A program made the position numbers and the translations under genes. The notes under the pieces are model-generated. The model saw nothing but the letters and a program-made list of their open reading frames with translations. It did not search any database and was not told where the DNA came from. From positions 1,736,001-1,800,000 of the forward strand of contig CATNEN010000038.1 in assembly GCA_950097015.1 (NCBI GenBank): a DNA stretch of 64,000 nt, in the 5' to 3' direction. This document shows positions 12,201 through 24,858 of this stretch, in pieces (position 1 is the stretch's first letter; each line of letters starts with the position of its first letter). Origin of the DNA: Macrostomum hystrix (taxonomy: Eukaryota > Animalia > Platyhelminthes).

Positions 12201-15200
12201 TTTGCACGGAAGACCTGAACAGGTTATTTCTGCCCACCGTGCCGTTGAACTTGACTGGTCTGCAGGCCAGCCTCTGCACCTTATCAAATGCGTCATCTCT
12301 GATGAGCGCCCTGGGAGCAATGTTCAACTCAAAGAATTCTCTCGTCGAAATGGTACGCCGTTTATCTTAGTGAAGTTTCTTATGAATTTTGACAAGAATC
12401 ACATCACCCTTCTTATGACGATATCGATTTGCATCACTTCAGCTCACAACAATGACGGTCCGTCAGTCTGTATCAGTGACAAATCTGTACACGATAATCC
12501 TGCAACTGTCGAACAGTCTCCAAGGCGCGGGCTCACTGAACGCTTCGGCTCTGGACGCGAAAATTCTGTCAATGATTAGCGCCTTGCAGGCCGGCTCAAC
12601 TGGACTTTTGGCCAAGTAAGTTCGTAGAGTTTGATCAATTATTGCACATTTGCATAAGCATTGCATTGTTAAGAGATGCTAAATGCTAGATAAATTTTTT
12701 GCTACTAGAAGTAGCATATTGATATTTCAGTTTCTTTCGAATGCTTTTGCAATTGTGGGACAGAGGCTTCTTAGTTTTGAGTTTATATAAGCGTCAGCGG
12801 CAATGAGTTTTTTTGTCGCCAATAGCGAGCGATGAAGCTATATTTGTGAGCTTTTGCAAAGCAATGTATTTCCATAATGGAAGTTCTGGACATCAGAACC
12901 TAACTTTGCAGAATTTCTCGCTTGTCTCAAACACACAGTTACAAGAGTTACCTAAGCGGTTCCATGTCAGCACTGGCTCCACTTAACATGGGTCCTGGTG
13001 AGCTGGCCCTGCTAGGCGCTGTGGCTGGCAAGCTCGAGCAATCAGCTGGTCTGCTGTCATCAATCTACCGCATGGTGACTGGCCAAGGCTCTCCGGCAGC
13101 TTTTGTCGAGGCCCTTTCAACAATTGCGGCTGACCATCGTCTGGCGTCGACAATCGTCTTGGCGCGCGGCGCTCGACCAATGGTCGCCGAGATGTGCGGC
13201 AAGCTGAGCGCCGTCTTCCCGTCGCCAGCCGACGCTGCTGCTGTGAATGCCAGCATCTGCCAGACTCCGTCCGATGCCTGGTGGCAGGCGAAAATTAGTC
13301 TGGTCGCCACGGACCAGATGTTTGTCTTCCTGACTGGCGAGAACGCCACCGTTGTGGTGAGTTTGAATTTGAGTACATTTTAAGAACTTTAAATTATTTG
13401 ATTTCAAAGAGAACACGCCGAGAAGTCCATAACTGTATGGGCCTAGGAATTGCGTCAATTTCCTGATTTCTTTATTCTTAGGCGCTGCCCTGGAAAGCAC
13501 TAGAGCCAACCCTGACAAGTGTCCTGTCCCTCGGTGAGCTGCTGGCAACGGCACCAGCAGCAATTGGCAACTTCAGCATGCCTGCGCTCCTGGCTGCACT
13601 ACAGCAGCTCAGCGTGCAGCAGTCGCTTGGCCCAACCCTGGCCACGCTGATGACCCAGTCGATGTCGCCGGCTGACCAGGCCCTGATGCAAAAAGCCCTG
13701 GAGATATCAACCATGTTCGTGTCTGTACTGCTCACTGTTCATAACGACAACCTGACTAACGTGTTGGTTCAGCCTGGCGTGATCAAGCAGCTGATGGACG
13801 TAGCGAACTCCGGTTACTTCAGAGCCGAGATAGACGTCCTAATAAGCAGTCCCGAGTACGCGATGTTGTCTGGCACAGACTTGAAGAGCGTGCTGTGCAA
13901 TTTCAGCCACTTCGATTCTAGCATGCCTGGTGTGCGCACGAACTTGGCAGTGCAAAAGATGATGAGTCCTAACGACACACGCTTGGAATCAGAGCTGCAA
14001 AGCCTGCAGAGCTACATCTGCGAGGGAGCTCAACGCAACATGCTGATGCTGCAACAGCTTGAGAATGCTGCGAGCCTTTCAAAGCTCATTCGAGTAAGTG
14101 CCCAGCATGCCAGTAAGGAGAGCTGATGCTCAAGTGGTGTTGTTCAAATAAAAATAATGCCTTGCGAATGTTTTTAATCAGTGTAAGAATACGTCGATGG
14201 ATCTAATCAAAATATTGATAAATATGGGCTATAAAAAATCAACTTGCAGATTGCCAATAGCTTCAAAGGTATGAGCGTTGCCCAGTTAATGAAGGAGCTG
14301 TTGTCAGGCAATTTCAGCGTCGCTGGCATTTCGCAGCTGCTGTCAGATCCTAATGGTATCATGACCTTCATCAACCAGCTCGGTCAGAGCCTCATGCAGC
14401 CAATGAACTTCTCGTCTCCCGAGCTCATTCTGACGTACGTTGAAACCACTTTTTTGCTTGGAAACAATTTAAGCCGTGTAATAGCCACCTAAATTCTGGG
14501 TAACAACTGATTCATCAACCGTGTCGTTTCCACTCCTCCAGGCAAGCCTGCGGCCAACTGCAGGCTCAGACCTACGACCTGCAGCTGTGGAATGCCAATG
14601 GAACAGCAGTGAAGCTGCGCCATCTGCTGTGGATCTTGGCAAACAATACTGGTCTAATCGAGTCGGCCTTGTGCGATCTAGCCGCGGCCGATCTACCCGG
14701 CGCAGCGGCGAAGGTCACCCGACTTGTGCAGATGATGGCCAATCCAGCGGTGGCATCAGGAAGTGCCGACTGCGCCAGCTTGACCAAACTGCTTCTCAAC
14801 TCCCGTGTGGGAGCCTGCTATATGAATCAAACTGCGTTCTTCGAGAAAATTACAGCGTGAGTCAGGCTTGCATTAACGTGGCATCAAAGCGAATTTTTCA
14901 ATAAAAAAATGCCTCTTACGAGCGTATGAAATGGATTTCTATAAGCTTTGGCCAACAATATTGCAGTAAGCTACAGGACTACTCGATGTTTCTGCAACTG
15001 GCAAATCAGGCAGCTCAGCTGCAGACGGTGATTGGCTCAGACGCTGCTTCGTTCTTGGCCCAAGTGTTCAATTCCATTTCCAGCGGACTTAAAAGTGAGT
15101 CTTTTGATGCCCTACACTGTGTAGCATGCCTTTCGCAAAACAAATGCATGAGGCTATAATGATTGCCGCTCTCTTATTCAGACCAAGTAACAATCCAGAG

Positions 15201-18200
15201 CCTTCTAGCGAACTCGACGTCATCGCTAGACCAATTTGCCAGAATCCTTGATGTGTCGAAAGAGCTGTTCAATCAAGTGATCGGATCTACCATTATCTTC
15301 AACTCGGTAAGATTCTCGCCACATGCCATTGCGCTAATCAGTTATAAAAAGATCTAAATAGCCTTGACGCCATCCCAAACTCCCCTGCAGACGCTCATCG
15401 CATCCCTAACCGACGAAGCATTGTACAACGTCATCTGCTCTCCGACTAGCATTGGCCAGGTCATGAGCTTCCCGCCTGTGCTGGCGGTTAACATGACAGC
15501 GGTGTCCAAGGCACTCTGCCAGCAAATGCAGGCATCCGCAGCAGACAGGCAGAGGATCCTGCTGCTGATCCGTGCGGCGACCGCACCCGGTTTTGGCGGT
15601 CTGGACCTTAGCGGTTGGATACGAGCGCTGACTAACCTCAACAACCTTATGGCGCAGCTCAACCAGCTGCAGGCGATTCGCAGCCTGCTGAGCAGCTTCG
15701 ACATTCGCCGGATGGCCGAATATGAGGCGGCGATCTTGACCCTGATTCGCAGCTTCCCGGGCGAGCAAATCCAGCAGATGTGAGTTCTAAATAGACCCAT
15801 TGCTTCTCATGGCAATGAGATCAATCACTAGCCTAGCTGGATCACCTTTTCTTACAGTGGCTACTCTCTGGTGAAAGACCTTCAAGCGATTTCTGCTGCC
15901 CCGGCTTGGACTAGCCTGCTGGCCGATCTCAACACCTTCTTTAAGTCGCTTCGGCTGTTTGACTTTGCCAAGCCGTTGTTCCCGGTGAAATGTGAGTTTT
16001 TTATTGCAAAAAAATTTGTATGGCTCAATGTTTAGGTGGCAAATGCTAAAAAATGAAGCGAGTCTTAAGACTATGATTAAACTGAATTTCAGTGCAAGTC
16101 AAGGACTTTGTCGACAACCCAGCGGCTGTGACACAGTATCTGCTCACTCAGGGCATCCCAGCAGAAATATCCGGCCTGATTTTGAACTCCTATCTGTCCA
16201 CTGAACAGGTCAGTGGTACATCCTTTATTCACTTCAGTAAACAAAAAGGTAAGGTCAGAACATCAAACTTCTAGTCCAATTTATTTACATTTCAGCTATT
16301 CAACTTTTCGCTAAAACTGAGCCTTCCTGAGGCATTGTGCAACGCAGGCAAGCTGGAAAAGCTGATCGACTTTTCAAATGTGACCTACAATGTCTCCAGT
16401 CTAGTAGCTCAGTTGTGCGTGAACCTGACTCTGCGCGATATTGAGAACATCACCGAAACCATTCTCAGAATGGGCAACTTTGGAGCCTTCTTCACTAAAA
16501 ACCTGTCACAGCAGCTCATCAACAGTTTGCTTAAGAGCTCCGGTGTGACTGTAGCCGATCTGCAGGACGCGATTCAAGTAGTTCAGGACACCGGCACTGA
16601 GCTGCAGACCACTTTCGACATCATGAAGGAGCTAGCCAACGTGGTTTCAATTCACAATCCAGGCTCTGATAATATTGGATGTAAGTTCGCGCAAGTTTGA
16701 CAGTACTTTCGCTATCCTGAAATTGATGGGCAGTAAAATATTTTTTGCTCTAAGAAAAGTGAACTCTGCAAAACGCATTGTTTTTTGCACATTTAGCTCC
16801 CAAAGGTCTCGAGGGTGTCAGCGAGGCTGTCTGCGGCACTAGCGGAAAGTTCAACTTCACTTCAGTCTATGGCATCAGCCTCGGCAGCAGCAACAGCAAC
16901 AGCGGCGGTACATCTGGGCGCCGGCGCAAACGGCGCTCCACAGATGCGACCTCTTATGCCTACGAACTCGGCCCGCTGGCTAGCAACCAATTTTGCCGCA
17001 GCCTCTATGATCTCACCCAGCAGTCCACCGCCGGACGGGTCGGCTGGACCTACGTAAAGCCAATAATCCGTGGACGCGTAATTGTCACGCCGGACACCAA
17101 CGCGACCCGCTTCCTGATGAGCAGCGTTCAGGAGCAGTTCACAAAGCTTCTCAACCTCCAAGATCTGTCATCCAGCTTAGGTGGCTTGTTGCCTGCAGCC
17201 ACTGGAAGCTCAGGAGCCAGCGTGCTTTCAGGCCTTCTGTCAAATCCGCTTGCAAGCTCTGCCATCTCCAGCGTCCTTGGTTCGTCAGCTAACCTGACTT
17301 CGGTGCAAAATCTACTGAGCGTCTTTAGCGGCAACCAGAGCAGCAACTCCACGAGCACGAGCCAGATGCTGCAGCTACTTCAAAACTTCACCAGCTGCAT
17401 TGAAACTAGCCGTCTGGACTACTATGCCACTGGAAGCAGTCAGTATGACACTGCCGTTCAATCCGCCCTGTCAGAGAATCGGCTACTCGCTGTAGTGGCC
17501 TTCGAAAACCTGCCGGCTAGAAGTCGCCGCGATGTGAGCCCTGGAAGTTCAGGGTTGCCAGCGCACATAAAGTACACGATTCGGATGCCGCATGGAACCC
17601 TCTATCGAACCAACGCGCTCATCACTTTCCCGGAGGTATACGAGAAGCGAGACAGCTTCATGTTCGACTTAGCATATCAGCGCGGCTTCGTGCAAGTACA
17701 GGAAGCCATCGATCGAATGATCGTTCGCACACAGACAGGTCGCGACATGCCGCCCCAGCAGACCAAGCAGATGCCCAGTCCCTGTCTGGAGAATGACAAC
17801 ATGTTGCAGTCATTCGGAATGGCCATTCTGCCAATCTGTACCATCTTTATGTGGCTGGCCCCACTGGCCATTGCGATGCAGCAGATCATGTACGACAGGG
17901 AGCACCGGCTCGAAATTCCCCTCTTCCTGATGGGCCTGAGACCGAGCATCCACTTCCTCCAGTGGTTCCTGGTGCAGCTGCTCAACATGCTAATTCTCAG
18001 CGTGATCATCTCCGTGAGCTGCGTCTACGGCGGTCTACTGCTTAACACTGATCCAAGCATCTTGTTTGTCTTGTTTGCTCTGTTCTCGTTCAGCGTCCTC
18101 GGCTTCGGATACATGGTGTCGGCCTTCTTCACGACCTCCAGCGTGGCCTGTGTGATAGCCCTACTAATCTATCTGCTAATGTTTATTCCGTTTATCTTCT

Positions 18201-21200
18201 TGTCTTACACGCATGCTGACGTTGTCGCACTGCGTGCGGTCAACATCTTCTCGCCGACGGCATTCTCGCTGGCCGCTCGCTCCATTGTCACCATGCAGCT
18301 GGCCAACCACAAAGTCACGTGGGCGGACATCCTGACGGCAGCTTACGGAATGGAGGCTTACGGAAACTTCCTAGCACTGGCATTGGACGGTATCGCGTAC
18401 TTCCTCGTCGGATGGTACTTCCGCAATGTGCTGCCGGGCAAGCACGGAGTGCCGCAGCCGCTGCTGTTTTTCCTCACAGCTCGCTACTGGGGCTGCGACA
18501 GCTCCAGCAAGAAGTGGGACATCACAAACGGTGCTGGCGCGGTTGTCGAATTGCAGAATGTCAACAAGAAGTTCGGATCTAAGAAGGCGGTGGAGAATTT
18601 GAGTTTGAAACTGCGTGAAGGCGAAACAACCATCCTGCTGGGACCGAACGGTGCTGGCAAGTCCACTACAATGTAAGTCCAACTTATGAAATAAATAAAT
18701 GTTTTGAAAAAAAATCACAAGCCCATCGATTTGCTTCTCACAGAAACATGATGACAGGCCTCATCACGTGCGACTCCGGCAAAGTCATCGTCAACGGGTT
18801 GAACGTGGCCACCAGCTTTTACAAGCTTCGATCAACAATTGGCTTCTGTCCTCAGCACAATGTTTACTATGAAGAGTGAGTTTAGTTCAATGGGTAGAAT
18901 GTAATTAGCTAGTTTGAAGTATACTTTACAACTTAGGGGTAATGAGTGATTTAATGCGAGCGGTTACTGTAATGATCCAAAAAACTTTTTTCTCAGCATG
19001 TCGGTCAAGAGGAATCTCGCCTACTTCGGCTCTCTCAAAGGCTGCTCCAAGGTTGAGCTGCAGGTCATGCTGCACTCCCTGCGACTCTACAAAGTGCGCA
19101 ATGTGTCGGTCCGACACCTGAGCGGCGGTCAAAAGAGACGCCTCTCAATCGGCCTGGCGTTCCTGGGCAGGCCGGGGCTGGTGATTCTAGACGAGCCGAC
19201 AGCCGCCGTGGACCCCGAGGCTCGGCGCACCATCTGGGAGCTCATCAAGACGCACCGATGCACAACTTTGATCTGTACGCACGACATGCAGGAAGCCGAA
19301 GTCCTTGGTGATCACGTCGCCGTCATGATGGACGGCCGCATCATTGACAATAAAAGCTACACCGACCTGGCGGAAACCTGTCGCTACTCGGTCAGCATCG
19401 CCTCCGACTCACCGCACGCCCTGGCCGATGAACTGAGGGCGCAAAACCTTGCAACCTCAGAGCCAGCAATCAACGAGCGGCAGAAAAGGGTTCAAATGAC
19501 CTGCCAGAAAGAGGGCCGGCTTATGACTAGCCTGACATATGGTCTCGATCGCTTGAAAACTTCTAGACAGCTTCTCTCGTGGTTTTCCATCACCTGCTCA
19601 ACGGTGGCTGATTACTTCAATGGTCTGATTTTCGGCAAAGAGTTGGTTCAGGACTCGCCACAAAGCATCCACTATCAGAAGCGAGTTGGAAAGCCCAGCA
19701 GTTGCCTCGCAGTTGGTGCCCTATTCACTAAGAGATTTCACCACGCCAAGAGAAGCTGGATCAGCTACGTGGGCATGATGCTTCTGCCATGTATTTTCAT
19801 TGTTTTCGCCATGGGATCCACTCTGCTGCGACCGTCTTTCAGTCAGGAGAGCGCCAAACTGATACTAACGCCCACAATTTACGGCCCAGGAGCTGTCACC
19901 TTCCTGTACCAGGAGGCCGGCTTCCCTATGAAGGAGGCAGTGAGGTTGACACTTGCTCAACCGCCAGGACTCGGCACCGCATGTATGGCAGGTCCAGACA
20001 AAGGAAAGCTGTTATTCTACACCGCTGCCTGCAGGGATGCTACTGGCAGCTGGGTGAGACAGAATCTCGCAGCTGCAGAGTTGGCCAAGTACGACACGTA
20101 CCGCAACTGTACTTGCGGCAAATCATCGCATTACACGTGCGCGGACGAGTACTCCAAGGGCACCCCGCCGGATGTTCTGGTTACGCCAAGCGGCGACGTC
20201 ATTCATGAGCTGCGCGAGACGGCTAACCTGGAGGACTATCTGCTGCGTTCAACGACGCGCTTCAACCTCAGCGGGCCCCGATCTGTCAGCTTCGCTCCGG
20301 CAGGAAATCAGCGCTGGGGCGGCCTCCAGCTGCAGGCGAATTCCTCCATAATCTGGTTCGACAACCGAGGCTACCACACTCTGCCATCCTATATGAATTC
20401 CTACTCAAACACAATTCTCAGAGCATTTGTCGCTTCGTCCAACTATTCGAACTATTCCTCGGACTACGGTATCACTACCTACAACCATCCGCTGCCGATG
20501 CAAAGATCGCAGCTAAACACGGATACATTGTGAGCGATTCTTCTCCAGTGCCTTTAAATTCTCTTTAAACTTTGGTAAATAGAATCGCTCGTTTAGATTG
20601 CTGTCATAAAACCATAATCGCAACAAAATTTCCAGCGACCAGGCCATCAAGGACGCGGGCCTGGCCATGTGCATCGTATTCGCTCTCTGCTTTGTGCCGG
20701 CCAGCCTCTCGCTAACTGTGTCCAACGAGCGCGCTTCGGGCGAGCAGGTGCACCTTCGTCTGTACGGCGTCGGCGTTGCCACTTATTGGCTGACCTCCTT
20801 CGTATGGGACATGCTGATGTACCTGCTGCCTCTGGGAATCGTGATTGGCATCATGGCCGCCTTCCAGATCGATTTGTACACAGCAAACTTGAACCTGCCC
20901 GCAATTGCCATGCTGCTGGCTCTCTTTGGCTGCTCGGCTGTTCCGCTCAGCTACCTGATGTCCAGAGTTATGCGCTCTCCAGCCGGCGGCTTCCTTCTGT
21001 CCTTCTTCCTGTTGTTCTTCATCGGCATCGTGCTCTTCAGCCTGCTGCTGCTCCTGCAGTTCTACGTGAACTTCGCTAACAAAGACCTGACGTTGAAAGT
21101 ACTCACGTACGTCTTCATGGCTCTGCCGTCCTTCAGTCTCGGCAATGGAGTTTACCGCGTTGTGGAGAACCAGTGGAAGGCCTCCATCTTGAAGAGCTAC

Positions 21201-22802
21201 GGAGCAGACGAGTACATTAGCCCGTTCACCATGGCAATGGTGGGACCGCATGCTATTGCTATGGGCGCGGGATGTGTGGTCTTCCTCATCATCAACATGC
21301 TGCTCGACATTCGCTGCCGGATCCGCAACAGTCAGCTTCGCTTCTCATACTTGACTGACGGCGGCTCGGATGTCGGCGTCCAGGAGGAATTTGACAACGT
21401 CACCAGCGGGGCGAGAAGCCGCGATCCGATTCAGCTCGTCGGTCTCGGCATGAGCTACCGCACCGTTCGCGGCTTCCGCATTCAGGCGCTCGATAACCTC
21501 ACGATGTCTGTGCCAGAAGGCACCTGCTTGGGTCTGCTCGGTCCCAATGGCAGCGGCAAGTCCACGACCTTTAACATCCTCACTGGCCAGACAACTGGCT
21601 ACCACGGTCAGTGCAGCATCGAGGCGATGGGCTACTGCCCGCAATCGGATCCACTCGATAAGGAGATGACCGTCACCGAGACCCTGACATTCTACGCCAG
21701 GCTGCTCGGCTTGTCGAAGAGGGACCGAGAAGTGCAGCTCGAGCAGCTCATTGCGGCCCTGCGCCTACCTCCCAACAAGATCGCGAAGGCTCTCAGTGGT
21801 GGTCAACGCAGGAAACTTTCAGTGGCCATCGCCTTCCTCGGTGCGCCTCGTTGCATCCTCATGGACGAGCCGTCAGCCGGCCTGGACGCTGTGAGCCGAA
21901 CCGCGCTCAAACAGCTGATTCGCTGCGCCGTCTCGCAGGGCTCCTGCGTGCTGTTCACCTCGCACTGCATGGACGAAGTCGAAGGTGTCTGCGACCGAGT
22001 GGCCATTCTCATCGGAGGCCGGTTGCGCGCTATCGGCGGCATGGACCAGCTCAAGGAGCAACTGGGACGGAGCTTCACTCTAACGGTGCGAGGACCGAGA
22101 GATGAGAAGGATCGCCTGGCCAAGTTCCTGCAGAGCACATTCCCGAATGCCGAGTGCAAGGTGAGGATCAGGATCTCGGGACGGGATCAGGATCTCGGGA
22201 CGGGATCAGGATCTCGGGACGGGATCAGGATCTCGGGACGATTCTTTGGTGTCCGGAAGTTATTTGCAGACGTACATTGTATTTTTTCCTGCTAACAAGC
22301 TCCTTACCTTTTTCAAACAAATCTACCTAAGATGAGCGCCGCCGGAGTATCTGAGTTCGCTGTGCCCTTCACCACAAAGCTGCACGAGATCTTCAAAGCC
22401 ATGGAGACCATCCGTGGGCAGCTCTGCTCTGATTACACCGTGAAGCAGACAACTTTGGAACAGGTGAGATTTCTGAGAGCCGAAGCTGCTTTGAAAAAAC
22501 ATTTCTTGAAATTCTAGAGAATTCTGACACTCCAAATTTCGCAGGTGTTCCTGGAGCTCTGCAGCCACCAGCCCGACAGCTGGTGCGAGGACGTCCCCGG
22601 CGGGTCGGGCAGCACCCCGTCCGGCAGCGACTCGCCGCCATCGTCCAGCGCCGCCTCGGCCATCCTGACGAAGCATGGCAAGCCGATGGCCGGGCTCGAC
22701 TCGCCCGACGATTACCTGAGCTCCGAGCCGTCCATCACACTACGCTCCTTCGGACAGGACAGCGGCAGCGAGAAGGCCTACGTCTATAAGGTCTACCTGT
22801 AG
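211..22802 (+). CDS. ABCA: Giant ABCA-subfamily full transporter (ABCA12/13-like expanded first ectodomain), multi-exon, 5'-incomplete
   Basis: About 36 GT-AG exons chain the + strand ORFs. TMD1 lies in 17790-18430. NBD1 has Walker A GPNGAGKST (about 18640), LSGGQ and ILDEP (19120-19200). ECD2 has WFDNRGYHTLPSYMN and TYNHPL. TMD2 lies in 20640-21310. NBD2 has GPNGSGKST, LSGGQ and LMDEP. C-terminal TTLEQVFLEL, stop TAG at 22800-22802. No start codon or TM1 exon was found in the window. Confidence 0.9.
509..890 (-). mobile_element. tRNA-derived SINE family A copy (ABCA intron)
   Basis: On the minus strand: A-box-like TAGCAGAGCGG, B-box-like GCTCGATTCC and a (TAA)n tail. Homologous to copies at 7068, 27863, 45891 and 54095. 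Confidence 0.85.
895..1045 (+). mobile_element. Diverged 3' fragment of a SINE-A relative
   Basis: GCCTTCTCGCTGGCTGTGGC...GCCCACAGCGCCCTGAAATTA aligns with the SINE-A 3' end GCCTCCTCGCTGGCTGCAGG...GCCCGCAGCCCTCCTGCAATTA. Confidence 0.6.
1466..2054 (+). mobile_element. Long (about 590 bp) tRNA-headed SINE family B copy with 14-bp target-site duplication
   Basis: Head GGGGGCGAGTGGGTCAGCGG...TTCGATTC, (TAGA)n tail, TSD AAGTTCGAATCTTA at 1452-1465 and 2055-2068. A near-identical copy lies inverted at 27177-27774. Confidence 0.9.
6885..7055 (-). mobile_element. Partial SINE-A copy
   Basis: Matches the central part of SINE-A (CTGACTTTCTCATCGTCAG...CTTCTCTCCTTGGCTGCGC). Confidence 0.7.
7068..7425 (+). 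mobile_element. SINE-A copy
   Basis: Head GGGGTGAGTGGCAGAGCGGTTAACGCG...GCTCGATTCC and 3' end GTGCCATTGCCCGCAGCCC...TGCAATTA. Confidence 0.85.
22165..22221 (+). repeat. 19-bp tandem repeat x3 directly after an ABCA splice donor
   Basis: GGATCAGGATCTCGGGACG x3 following AAG|GTGA. Confidence 0.9.
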
Positions 22803-23039
22803 TGATACAGAGCTGAGTGATACAACTGACCAGTGCTGACGCCTGCAAACGATTGGATTATTTCATTTTTAATTTATTTTCCATTTGCTCATTCATCTGC
22901 GACACCGCCCTGATCTGTAAAATCATATTGGCCAATTGTTTAAATTTTTTACAGTGTCCAGGCGATCGGGGTGTGAAAAAATGTATTTTATGTACTCAAG
23001 AGAGCGCAAGAAACGGCTGCAGCCTTGACTGAAATCTCC

Positions 23040-23352
23040 TGAAACAGTGCTCGGGAAGCAACCGAGTTGAGAAACAGTGCTCTGGAATCAACAGAGTTCA
23101 GAAACAGTGCTCAGGAATCCACTGAGTTCAGAATTCACGGAGTCTGGAAACAGTGCTCAGAAATCAACTGAGTTCAGAAACAGTGCTCATGAATCAATTG
23201 AGTTCAGAAACAGTGCTCTGGAGTCAACTGAGTTCAGAAACAGTGCTCAGGAATCAACTGAGTTCAGAAACAGTGCTCAGGAATCCACTGAGTTCAGAAT
23301 TCACGCAGTCTGGAAACAGTGCTCAGGAATTCACGGAGTCCAGAAACAATGC
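23040..23352 (+). repeat. About 30-bp minisatellite downstream of ABCA
   Basis: Unit GAAACAGTGCTCAGGAATCAACTGAGTTCA. Confidence 0.9.
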
Positions 23353-23589
23353 TCATGCTGCAGTCAGTTTCTTCAGCTAGCAAAAAACCACCATATAAAA
23401 AAACTCGCTCACGCAAATTTCGTCGTCATGTCTAAGGAGACTCATTTATGCTTTATTTACCCGTGCCACAATGATAGTTTCATACGAGTGTTTTTATCAC
23501 CGATCAATATATAGCCAAGTTATATTCACAGCTAGATTGGCTTGAAAATTATATGGAGACTCTAATTGATTTTTTCGCAAATTCATCAA

Positions 23590-23845
23590 CAGCTTCGGAC
23601 TCCTGATTTAAAGGTCCGGGGTTCGATTCTGGACTTCACTGGAACAATTTGTGCCCTTGAGCGGGACACATAGCTCTGCGTTGTTTCAGTTCACCCAGCT
23701 GTTAAATTGGTATCAGCATCAGCTGGAGTAACTGAGGACGGGTGTAGCCTCCGCCCATGGACTGAACAGCCAGCCTTCATAACATGCGCCGCACGACAGC
23801 TGCGGCTGCACATCTGGCCTAATCTGGTTTGAAAAATCAATAATG
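23590..23845 (+). mobile_element. tRNA-derived SINE family C copy
   Basis: B-box GGTTCGATTC followed by GTGCCCTTGAGC...CAGTTCACCCAGCTGTTAAATTGGTATC. Related copies at 42950, 46700 and 58545. Confidence 0.75.
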
Positions 23846-24027
23846 AAATATGATTTGTGTAGCGACTGTTAAATGCGATTTCTCTTCAAGTTGGTTTTGA
23901 GTCATATTTTAAGTCCACTCGAAGGGCACCAATGGAAATAAATTGCAAGATGAAGCTACCGGAGTCTGGGAGGCGAGCGGGCCCTGCAAAATCCAAAAGG
24001 CAACAATGTGACTTCCTGATTTCCGTC

Positions 24028-24208
24028 TCCCTCTCTCCCTCCGCCCCTTCTCTCCCTCCGCCCCTTCTCTCCCTCCGCCACTTCTCTCCCTCCGCCCCTT
24101 TTCTCCCTCCGCCCCTTCTCTCCCTCCGCCCCTTCTCTCCCTCCGCCACTTCTCTCCCTCCGCCCCTTTTCTCCCTCCGCCCCTTCTCTCCCTCCGCCCC
24201 TTCTCTCC
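24028..24208 (+). repeat. 17-bp pyrimidine-rich minisatellite
   Basis: Unit CTCTCCCTCCGCCCCTT. Confidence 0.9.
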
Positions 24209-24858
24209 ATAATAGCCGACAGATATTCTCGGGTCTCAAGAATTTTTCCTGGCAGGTAGCCAGTCCTACTCACCAATTGGTTGGTAGGTAGTTCTGTCAC
24301 AAGCAGAAGTATTGAATCTAAAGGCAGCAGAAAGTTTTACACTAGGCCAGCTAGTGAGCCTAATACGGACGATTTAGGGCTACACCTCGCAGCCCATTGG
24401 GCAACAGCTATGGGACTGGCGTACAGTGTGCGCCCAGGTAACTGGGATTCCAGATACGCACATTTCGTTTGCTCAGACGATAAGAGCCGAGAATAAAGCA
24501 CACTCAATGTACCTGCTGCTATGGCAACGAAAAGACGCGTTTTTTAAATTCATAATTCAATGTCTTTTTTAGTAGTTTGACAGTGCTTTCTAAAAGGGCC
24601 CTTCTCAACAAATCCAGCATCTTCAAGGTCCAGCTTTGCGCATCTGGAAGTCGGATTTAGAAGCCCAGACAGCAGACGGTCGTCGCACGCTGGTCAGCTC
24701 ACTTCTTGCAAAACTATTTCAAAAAGAGACATCTATGTCGAAGGACTTAAGAAAGAGCTTTTTTGGTGTACCTTTTCAGCATTTTTATTTAGCAATTTTA
24801 TAATCCTGAGTGCCTTACTGGATAAACAAAATCGACAAAGAGGATTTTATCCACTGCA

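Noticed and set aside
11581-12579. 332-aa ORF as an independent gene
   Set aside because: It runs through ABCA exons and introns, and only 11739-12003 is in the ABCA frame.
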